From an uncultured bacterium (lineage in GTDB: Bacteria; Oederibacteriota; Oederibacteriia; Oederibacteriales; Oederibacteriaceae), in the NCBI GenBank assembly GCA_965112635.1, contig OZ218778.1, positions 448,001 through 512,000 on the forward strand: 64,000 bases of DNA, read 5' to 3'. Shown here in pieces: positions 56,543 to 64,000 of this stretch; positions within the stretch are counted from its first letter, which is position 1, and each line of letters starts with the position of its first letter. Below the pieces are notes generated by a model. The model searched no databases and was not told where the DNA came from. It saw only the letters and a program-made list of their open reading frames with translations. A program made the position numbers and the translations under genes.

Positions 56543-57445
56543 CTAAAACCGCACCACCATAGAAATCTGGTTGGTGTCGCCCAGGTCGTTCTGGTTATAA
56601 AGGTATGCGTAATCCAGCTCAAAGATGATGGAAAAAACAAAGGAAGCGCCGGCTGTCCAGGTCTGATCGTCCCATCCGCCGCGGAGCACAAAACCGTCCA
56701 TGGCCTTGTATTCCGCGCCCGCGTGGAATTTAAGGTCGTTGACCGTATCCTCTTTATCCGCGTCAAACGCTACAAGCACGGCCTGGTCCCACAACTGGTA
56801 AGAAGCGCCCAGCTTCACGTTCAAAAGCACCGGGTCGTTCCTTCCCGTGGACCATCTGAGGTTCCCGCCGATATTCTGGACATTGAGCCCGAAATAAAGG
56901 TCTTCAGTCAAAAAAGGCTGGTACAGCAGGGCTGCGTCAAAGGCGCAGCCCCAGGCGCTGGCCGAAGCCAGGGACTGTTGGAGCAGTTTGGCGTTGCCCC
57001 CCCAGCGCAGGGAGTAGTCCAGGGAATTGGCGTAGGAAAAAATAAAGGCGTTTTCCTGGTCAGCCAGGGTGCCGTTGACATTGCCGCTGCTGTCCACGCT
57101 CTCTATATTGGACATCCCGGAATTGATCCAGTTGATGCCAAAGGAACCGAGATCGTCGGTTTGCTGGCCGTACCCCAGGTAGTTCAGGGTCCGGTCAAAG
57201 GTTTGGAAGGTGTACATCATGGCCAGGGAATATGGTAAAAGACCCAGATTGGTCAGGCCCGCGGGGTTCCAGTAGCCTGCTGTGGCGTCCGAAGCCACCG
57301 CCACAAAAGCGTTGCCCATGCCGCTGGCCCTGGCGCCGACGCCGTCATAGAGGTAGGCTGCCGCTCCGGTGCTCACATCTCCCCAAGCTGTTCCGGCTCC
57401 GGCCAACAGCGCAAGGACAGCCCACAAAATTCTCTTACATTTCAC
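56543..57445 (-). CDS. PorV/PorQ-like outer-membrane beta-barrel (FadL-like)
   Basis: Signal peptide, GVGARASGMGNAFVAVASDATAGYWNPAGL, LDYAY, terminal Phe; probable GTG start at 57445. Confidence 0.8.
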   Translation of the reverse strand: MKCKRILWAVLALLAGAGTAWGDVSTGAAAYLYDGVGARASGMGNAFVAVASDATAGYWNPAGLTNLGLLPYSLAMMYTFQTFDRTLNYLGYGQQTDDLGSFGINWINSGMSNIESVDSSGNVNGTLADQENAFIFSYANSLDYSLRWGGNAKLLQQSLASASAWGCAFDAALLYQPFLTEDLYFGLNVQNIGGNLRWSTGRNDPVLLNVKLGASYQLWDQAVLVAFDADKEDTVNDLKFHAGAEYKAMDGFVLRGGWDDQTWTAGASFVFSIIFELDYAYLYNQNDLGDTNQISMVVRF

Positions 57446-57465
57446 GTCTTGTTCCGTCCATTTCC

Positions 57466-58440
57466 TTAAAGGATGAAGTCGTGAGCGCTGACCCGCTCTC
57501 TCCAGTAGTTCAGGAGGTCTTCCAAAGTCTTTTCGAACTTGATCTCGGGTTTCCATCCTGTCCGCTGGCAGAACTTGGTGTTATCGCCCTGCAGGATGAA
57601 AACGTCAGAGGGCCGCATGCGTGCCGGATCCTGGGCCACGCTGATCTTTTTATCGGTCATCTTGAGCAGCATGTTCAAAACTTCTTGGATGGCCATAGAC
57701 TTTCCGGTACAGATATTGTAAACCTCGCCAGGCTCCCCTTTTTCCAGGGCCAGGCTGTAGGCCCTGGCCATGTCCCGCACATCCGTAAAATCCCGCTTGG
57801 TCGTCAGATTGCCCACGCGGAGGACCGGCTCCTGCAGCCCCTTTTCAATAGCGGCGATCTGGGCCGCGAAATTGGAGGTGGCGAACACCAGGCCGCGTCG
57901 CGGTCCGGTGTGGTTAAAGGCGCGGGTGCGGACAATGGACATCTGGTAGGTCTTGAAATACTGGTAACCCATCATGTCCTGGGCTATCTTGCTCACGGCG
58001 TAGGGGCTCAGGGGCCTCAAGGGATTGGTCTCTTTGATGGGTAATTCGCTCTCCAGCGCCATCCCATACTCTTCGCTGGAGCCGGTCAGAAGGACCCTGG
58101 GCTTTAAACCCAGTTCTCGGACAGCCTCGAGCAGGTTGGCCTGCCCCAGGATGTTATTGTTCAGGGTTTCCATGGGCAAACGCCAGGAGGTCGGCACAAA
58201 GCTCTGCGCAGCCAGATGGTAGATCTGTTCCGGCCGTATGTCCTCCAGCATTTTCCTGACCCCGACAGGGTCCTTGAGGTCGCATTCGTAAAGCTTGATC
58301 CGGCCAAGGATGGACTTGATATTTTCCAAAGGGCTGCGCCAGCGCCGCAGACCGATAACCTCTACGCCCGGTTTGGTCAGTAAATGCTCGGCTAAATGGC
58401 TGCCCACAAAACCGGTGATCCCTGTGATCAAAACCTTCAT
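57466..58440 (-). CDS. GDP-mannose dehydratase/GDP-6-deoxyhexose reductase (Rmd-like) SDR
   Basis: ITGITGFVG, HLAAQSFV, SPYAVSK, RAFNHTGPR, VGNL..RDFTDVRD. Confidence 0.85.
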   Translation of the reverse strand: MKVLITGITGFVGSHLAEHLLTKPGVEVIGLRRWRSPLENIKSILGRIKLYECDLKDPVGVRKMLEDIRPEQIYHLAAQSFVPTSWRLPMETLNNNILGQANLLEAVRELGLKPRVLLTGSSEEYGMALESELPIKETNPLRPLSPYAVSKIAQDMMGYQYFKTYQMSIVRTRAFNHTGPRRGLVFATSNFAAQIAAIEKGLQEPVLRVGNLTTKRDFTDVRDMARAYSLALEKGEPGEVYNICTGKSMAIQEVLNMLLKMTDKKISVAQDPARMRPSDVFILQGDNTKFCQRTGWKPEIKFEKTLEDLLNYWRERVSAHDFIL

Positions 58441-58494
58441 CAGACTATTCCCTCCGCGTTGCGATAGTTGGCCCAGGCTCCCTGGACGCTCCCG

Positions 58495-59784
58495 TCAACG
58501 GCCTATGCCCTGATAAAGAAAACCCAAGCCTTTCATTTTTGACGGATCATAAATATTCCTTCCGTCCAGGATCACGGGAGCCTTTAACAGTTTTTTGATC
58601 TTTAAAAGATCCAGGTCTTTGAACTCGTTCCATTCGGTTAAAATGACCAGAGCGTCGCTTTTGTAAGCGGCCTCATAGGAATCTCTGCAGTAGACAATTC
58701 TTTTGAAAACTTTCTTAGCCTTGGGCATGGCCACGGGGTCGTAGGCCCTGATCTTGGCCCCTTTTTTCAGAAGAGCCGGGATGACGGTCAGGGAAACCGC
58801 CTCGCGCAGGTCGTCGGTATTGGGCTTGAAAGACAGGCCCAAGATCCCGAGCTGTTTCCCTTTTAGCGTTTTTAAGGTTTTTTCCAGCTTTTGCACGACC
58901 CTCAGCTTTTGGTCCTTGTTCACCCCGACCACGGCGTTTAAAATTTTGAAATCATAATGGTTCTTTTTGGCGATCTGGCTCAAGGCCGATACGTCTTTGG
59001 GAAAGCAGGAACCGCCGTACCCGGCCCCCGCCTGCAGGAAAGCTGGCCCGATCCTTTTATCCAGCCCCATCCCCTGGCTCACCTGGCTGACATCCGCCCC
59101 GACCTTTTCGCAGAGGTTCGCGATCTCGTTGATGAAGGAGATCTTGGTGGCCAAAAAAGCGTTGGAGGCGTATTTGATCATCTCCGCGCTCCTAGGATCC
59201 GTGATAAGGACCTCCGCGCTCAGGGACCTGTAGAGGTCCGCGATCTTCTGCCCGATCTGCGGGTCATGGGCTCCGATCAAGATGCGGTCGGGGTTCATGA
59301 AATCATGGATGGCGGTCCCTTCCCTCAAAAACTCCGGGCTGGAAACCACGTCAAACCCGCAGGAAACTTTTTTACGGGCCCGGATAATATCGGCCACCAG
59401 GTCGGCCATTCCCACCGGGACCGTGCTTTTGTTGATGATGATCTTGTAGTCGTCCATATGCCTGGCTATTTCTCCCGAAGCCTCTTTGACATAAGTGACG
59501 TCCACGTCGCCGCTGGCTGTGGAAGGGGTTTGGACGGCAATGAAAATGAACTGGGAATTTTGGACCAGGACTTTCATGTTGTCCGTGAAGGAAAGCCTGT
59601 GTTTCTTCATGTTTTCCAGGACCAGCTCCTTAAGCCCCGGCTCGTAGATGGGCATAAGACCTTTGGTGAGCCCGTGGATCTTTTGTTTGTCTTTATCCAT
59701 GCAGAGGACGGTGTGTCCCAGGTCCGCGAAACAGGTCCCCGTAACAAGGCCGACGTAACCGGTCCCAACCACGCCAATTTTCAT
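58495..59784 (-). CDS. ugd: UDP-glucose/GDP-mannose 6-dehydrogenase
   Basis: GTGYVG, KSTVPVG, PEFLREG, GYGGSCFPKD, FKPNTDDLRE. Confidence 0.93.
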   Translation of the reverse strand: MKIGVVGTGYVGLVTGTCFADLGHTVLCMDKDKQKIHGLTKGLMPIYEPGLKELVLENMKKHRLSFTDNMKVLVQNSQFIFIAVQTPSTASGDVDVTYVKEASGEIARHMDDYKIIINKSTVPVGMADLVADIIRARKKVSCGFDVVSSPEFLREGTAIHDFMNPDRILIGAHDPQIGQKIADLYRSLSAEVLITDPRSAEMIKYASNAFLATKISFINEIANLCEKVGADVSQVSQGMGLDKRIGPAFLQAGAGYGGSCFPKDVSALSQIAKKNHYDFKILNAVVGVNKDQKLRVVQKLEKTLKTLKGKQLGILGLSFKPNTDDLREAVSLTVIPALLKKGAKIRAYDPVAMPKAKKVFKRIVYCRDSYEAAYKSDALVILTEWNEFKDLDLLKIKKLLKAPVILDGRNIYDPSKMKGLGFLYQGIGR

Positions 59785-59933
59785 GCGGCTCCTTCCCAGT
59801 TTGGATCATGCCAAAACAAGGCGGTCAAATTACATAATAGGGCAACAATTCAAGAACGATATTAACACACTTCAAAACTCCTCACAATTACGGCTCCCTG
59901 GCGTATCGGACACGGCTTATCCCAAAAAAACGG

Positions 59934-62240
59934 TCAATAGTTCTGCCCGATGGACCTTGTGGCAAAAGCTGAATTGGACTGGGGGAAAGCGGTCAAACCA
60001 AGGGAAAACGCGATGGATGTCGTTTGGCCGACGTTGCGCCAGGTGAAATAAGCCTCCCAGCAATGCATGGGAAAGACCAGGCTGTACTCCTGGGCCACGA
60101 CCGTCCCGGAATTCATATCATAATAGTCGCTCAGCCTGAATTTCCCCAGGACTGGCAGCGTGAAGGAAAGTTGGGAATACAAATCCCAAAGATCCGGCTG
60201 GGGCTGAAAGGCCGGCAGGGGCCCGGCTACGTCAAAATAACTGACCGGCGGGATGGAATTGTTCTGGTATTCCAGGCCTAGCTGGATCTCACTGGTCCGT
60301 TTGGGGTCATGGAGAGAAACACCCTGGTGGGAATCCTGCAAATACTCCCAGTACATGTTAAAGCGGCTGTTGACATAGGCGCTGAGGATATTGTCGGCGG
60401 TATTGGCCGAGACCTCCAAAGAGAGCAGGTCGAATTTGTTGAGAGTGTTATTGGCCAGACTTTTGAAATCGTAACCCGTCCCCAATTTGGCCAAGATAAG
60501 GCTCTGGAACTGATACTGCAGGGACCCGGAAAGATAGTTCTGCAGGATACCCTGATAAGGGTCCATGGGGTCGGCATAAAAGCTTCCGGAATAAGTATGG
60601 TTGAGATCGCTCCGGAGAAAAGGCGCATGATAGGTCGTCAAACCGTTAGATAACGAATAAGAGCCGTTGAGCCCCGAAACATTTTGCTCGAATTGCGTTG
60701 TCCCGCCTCCGCCCGCGAACAATGAAATTTGGGGATGGTCCCTGTAATTCTGGGTCAGGCCCAGGCTGGTGTTCCACTGGACAAAGGGCGATACCTTGAA
60801 CCCGCCCTGCAGCGTGGGAGACAGGCTCTCTTCCAGGACATAATCATCCAAAAGATAGGTCGGAGTGGTCACTAAAGCGGTCCGGCTGCGCTTGACCTGG
60901 GAGGCGAGACTGAAATACCAGGGGGTATTGGCCAGACCCACAGGCAAGAGATTGAAATCAAGTTCGGGGAGGGTGTCCAGGGAGGTTTCGTAATCCGGCG
61001 GAGAAGCATTGGTATTCCAGGTGTTGTCCTTTTCCACGCTTAAGGAAGTGCTGTAGGACGCGGTATTCTGGGACACAGCCACATAGGTCCTTTGCTGGTG
61101 GTTGATGAAATCGGTGTTGTAATCCTTATCGAACTCCCCGTCGCTGTAGTCTTCAAAACTGCCTACCAGCCGATTCTCCTTAAAGAAGGTCTGCGCATAA
61201 GAACCGTCCGCCAGCCAACGGCTCTGGGAATAGTCTCCGTTCTCCCAGATCTGGTAACCTTCTGTCTTCGCTTGCACTGAAGGATCGTCATACTCCAGTC
61301 CTAACCCTTTGCCCCAGCCTTTTTTGCTGAAATAGTCGTTGGACACCGAGCCCGACCATTCGGGACTGAGAGAATAGAAATAAGTGGTCTTGATGTAATC
61401 CCCCCCGATATCATTTTGGCCGACTTGCACCATGAAAGGCGGCTTGCGGTTGTTCTTGAAGTAATGTGAGAAATAAGGGATGTAAAAGACGGGGATGTCG
61501 AAGATATAAACGAACACGTCCCAGGCTTCTATTTTGTCGTCGATGACAAAAGCGATCTTCTTGGTCACCAAGCGGTAATGGGGTTTCTCCAGGTCGCAGG
61601 TGGTGAAATAACCGTCATGGATGGTGATGTCCTTTTCTGATGCCTTATCAATGCTTTTCCCCTGAGCGTACCATGGCTTGCTCTCTATCCTGATGGCTTG
61701 TCCAATCCCGCTTTCTTTCTTGATATTATAATTCATGGACTCCCCGGAAATATTGCTGCCCTTTTCTTGTAAAAGGATATGGCCGTTGGCGGTGATATCG
61801 CCGTTGATGAGGTTGCAGGTCATCTCGTCAGCGGTCAGGGTGATTCCCTTGTAGGTGAGCTGGACGTGGCCCCTGGCTTTTAAAAACTTGCTGTCTTCCA
61901 AATACTCCAGATAGTCGCCGTTGAAATAGACTGGCATTTTTTCATCGCTGGTCTTTAAAGAGCTGGCTAAAGAAGGGGCGGGGCTGTTCTGGGCCCAGAT
62001 TTCAGAACCAGCCAGAATCAAGAACGCGGCCAGGAAAAAAAGCGAAATCCAAGACATTCTTGGGTTTTTAATCTCTGTGGCGTCCCGGAGGATTTGGCCG
62101 GAAGTTATCGGAGCACAGGAAGAAACAAGCAGTTGGTGCTTCTTTTTTTTACTCTGTTTCTTAAAAGTGGTGGAAAAACAGCCACCAAAAATGTTGGCCA
62201 TCCGGTTTCCTGACACCCTAAAATAAAAAATGCGCGCCAT
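59934..62240 (-). CDS. lptD: LPS-assembly protein LptD-like
   Basis: OstA-like N-domain, FTTCD..PHY, PVFYIPY, beta-barrel, HCWE near the C-terminus; the true start is probably downstream (62201 or 62057). Confidence 0.8.
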   Translation of the reverse strand: MARIFYFRVSGNRMANIFGGCFSTTFKKQSKKKKHQLLVSSCAPITSGQILRDATEIKNPRMSWISLFFLAAFLILAGSEIWAQNSPAPSLASSLKTSDEKMPVYFNGDYLEYLEDSKFLKARGHVQLTYKGITLTADEMTCNLINGDITANGHILLQEKGSNISGESMNYNIKKESGIGQAIRIESKPWYAQGKSIDKASEKDITIHDGYFTTCDLEKPHYRLVTKKIAFVIDDKIEAWDVFVYIFDIPVFYIPYFSHYFKNNRKPPFMVQVGQNDIGGDYIKTTYFYSLSPEWSGSVSNDYFSKKGWGKGLGLEYDDPSVQAKTEGYQIWENGDYSQSRWLADGSYAQTFFKENRLVGSFEDYSDGEFDKDYNTDFINHQQRTYVAVSQNTASYSTSLSVEKDNTWNTNASPPDYETSLDTLPELDFNLLPVGLANTPWYFSLASQVKRSRTALVTTPTYLLDDYVLEESLSPTLQGGFKVSPFVQWNTSLGLTQNYRDHPQISLFAGGGGTTQFEQNVSGLNGSYSLSNGLTTYHAPFLRSDLNHTYSGSFYADPMDPYQGILQNYLSGSLQYQFQSLILAKLGTGYDFKSLANNTLNKFDLLSLEVSANTADNILSAYVNSRFNMYWEYLQDSHQGVSLHDPKRTSEIQLGLEYQNNSIPPVSYFDVAGPLPAFQPQPDLWDLYSQLSFTLPVLGKFRLSDYYDMNSGTVVAQEYSLVFPMHCWEAYFTWRNVGQTTSIAFSLGLTAFPQSNSAFATRSIGQNY

Positions 62241-62258
62241 GCAATGGCACGCATTTTT
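62225..62258. terminator. Intrinsic terminator after the ABC ATPase
   Basis: AAAAAATGCGCGCCAT-GCA-ATGGCACGCATTTTT. Confidence 0.75.
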
Positions 62259-62278
62259 CCCGATACTTTTTCGTGGAA

Positions 62279-63382
62279 CTAAATAATAACTTTTTCCGTT
62301 GATACATCAAAGAAATGAGCTTTTTTCATATTAAAGACCAAATCGAAATCCTGGTTGACCGCGGTCTTGACATGAGTCCCTACCTTGGCGATAAAAGGGC
62401 TTCTGCCCGTGGTGACATACAAAAGGGTTTCTGAACCCGTGGGTTCAACCACTTCGACCGTGGCGGTGACGGTGAGCTCTGGTTTCGCGTCAGGAACATT
62501 GGTTTTATCCTTGATATCTTCCGGACGCAGGCCAAGAATGACCTCTTTGTCCACATAAGGCTCCAACGGACGGTTCATTTCTTCGGCGATCTTGACCTCA
62601 AAATTCTCTTCCTTGAAGAAAAGCCCCTCTTTTTTACGTTTGATGACGCCGTCCACGAAATTCATGGAAGGGGTGCCGATAAATCCCGCCACAAATTTAT
62701 TCAACGGTTTTTCATACAGGTTGGTGGGATCGTCGATCTGCTGGATGATGCCTTTATCCATCACCACGATACGGTCACCCATGGTCATGGCTTCCATCTG
62801 GTCATGGGTCACGTACATCATCGTGGCTTGAAGCCTCGTGTGCAGCTTGCTAATCTCCGCTCTCATTTGGACCCTCATCTTAGCGTCCAGGTTGCTCAAA
62901 GGTTCGTCAAAAAGGAAAACTTTCGGCTTACGGACGATAGCCCTGCCCACCGCGACCCTTTGGCGCTGGCCGCCGGAAAGTTCCTTGGGTTTGCGGCCGA
63001 GCAGCTCCTGGATACCCAGAATATCCGCGGCTTCTCTGACCCGCTGATTGATCTCTTCTTTGGGGTAACGGCGAAGCTTCAGTCCGAAAGCCAGGTTATT
63101 ATAAACATTCATATGGGGATAGAGGGCGTAGTTCTGGAAAACCATGGCAATATCTCTGTCTTTGGGGGGAATATCATTGACCCTGACGTCGTCAATAAAG
63201 ATGTCACCGGAAGTGATCTCTTCCAAACCCGCTACCATACGAAGAGTGGTTGATTTACCGCAACCCGAAGGCCCGACCAGGACCAAGAATTCCTTATCAG
63301 CAACGGTAATATCTACCTTTTTCACGGCTTCCACGTTGCCCGCATATATCTTTTGCACTGCCTTCAGGATTACTCTTGCCAC
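62279..63382 (-). CDS. Sugar ABC transporter ATP-binding protein (MsmX/UgpC/MalK family)
   Basis: [37 protein letters not shown]-terminal TOBE. Confidence 0.93.
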   Translation of the reverse strand: MARVILKAVQKIYAGNVEAVKKVDITVADKEFLVLVGPSGCGKSTTLRMVAGLEEITSGDIFIDDVRVNDIPPKDRDIAMVFQNYALYPHMNVYNNLAFGLKLRRYPKEEINQRVREAADILGIQELLGRKPKELSGGQRQRVAVGRAIVRKPKVFLFDEPLSNLDAKMRVQMRAEISKLHTRLQATMMYVTHDQMEAMTMGDRIVVMDKGIIQQIDDPTNLYEKPLNKFVAGFIGTPSMNFVDGVIKRKKEGLFFKEENFEVKIAEEMNRPLEPYVDKEVILGLRPEDIKDKTNVPDAKPELTVTATVEVVEPTGSETLLYVTTGRSPFIAKVGTHVKTAVNQDFDLVFNMKKAHFFDVSTEKVII

Positions 63383-63566
63383 GGTTTTCCTCCACTTTAA
63401 AAGTATAATGTTCCGTAATGTTAATAATTTAATTACTTTACTATAATCGCCGTCTAAGTCAATAGTGTCAAAAGTTGAGAGTTTTAAAGCCCAAAAGGAT
63501 GACCAAGGTCCCGGCTCGTCCCCTCTAGGACGCTTGCTTGTCGGATAACACTTAGAAAACTACGGC

Positions 63567-64000
63567 CTAGCCTGTTGTAGACCCATTGCCTATTTTTCGA
63601 TAACAAAAGCAATCAAAGAGTTTCTCAATGACTGATTTAAGCTCTTTACGATGAACCACCTTATCAATGATGCCGTGTTCGAGCAAAAACTCGCTCTTTT
63701 GGAAACCCTTTGGCAGCTTCTGATGCATGGTCTGTTCAATGACCCTTGGACCCGCGAAACAGATCAAGGCATTGGGTTCGGCAAGGATCACGTCTCCCAG
63801 CATGGCGAAGCTGGCCGCCACCCCTCCCCCGGTGGGATCCGTTAGAACGGAAATATAAGGTAACCCCTTGGCCTTATAGTAAGCCAGGGCCGCGCTGACC
63901 TTGGCCATCTGCATCAGAGAGAGCATCCCCTCCTGCATGCGCGCTCCGCCCCCCGAAGAAGAAACAATGACAAGGGGGAGCATTTTTTCTGTGGCGGTTT
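63567..64000 (-). CDS. accD: Acetyl-CoA carboxylase carboxyltransferase beta subunit (5' end outside the window)
   Basis: [51 protein letters not shown]. Confidence 0.95.
   Translation of the reverse strand, partial: TATEKMLPLVIVSSSGGGARMQEGMLSLMQMAKVSAALAYYKAKGLPYISVLTDPTGGGVAASFAMLGDVILAEPNALICFAGPRVIEQTMHQKLPKGFQKSEFLLEHGIIDKVVHRKELKSVIEKLFDCFCYRKIGNGSTTG

Noticed and set aside
1-64000. tRNA, rRNA, riboswitch or integrase at the island borders
   Set aside because: None recognised by eye; a covariance-model search would be needed to exclude them

Overview
This bacterial window is almost entirely minus-strand and comes from a diderm lineage (LptD, a PorV-like barrel and a T9SS-CTD-like secreted protein). 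About 33 kb (1-32.9 kb) is one co-directional surface-glycan cluster. It carries Wzm/Wzt, a 1587-aa methyltransferase/multi-GT2 protein, three DPM-like GT2s, two large GT-C-like membrane proteins, CDP- and GDP-sugar pathways with C-methyltransferases, a B12 radical SAM enzyme, an LhgO-like oxidase and a GHMP kinase; its rfbG is frameshifted. An accessory island at ~33-46.9 kb holds an MNT-HepT toxin-antitoxin pair, a GMC oxidoreductase and an AT-rich putative defence operon (truncated type IIG RM C-terminus, NurA-like, HerA-like, DUF3800-like, a hairpin, an unannotated 56-aa membrane protein and a CoiA-like nuclease). The island also contains an IS256 nested inside an IS3 and an iteron/centromere-like repeat array. 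The remainder is rmlACBD, rsgA, NUDIX, pgi, MazEF-like TA, GT4, PorV-like, an NDP-sugar SDR, ugd, lptD, an ABC ATPase and partial accD. All calls come from motif recognition by eye; no searches were run.
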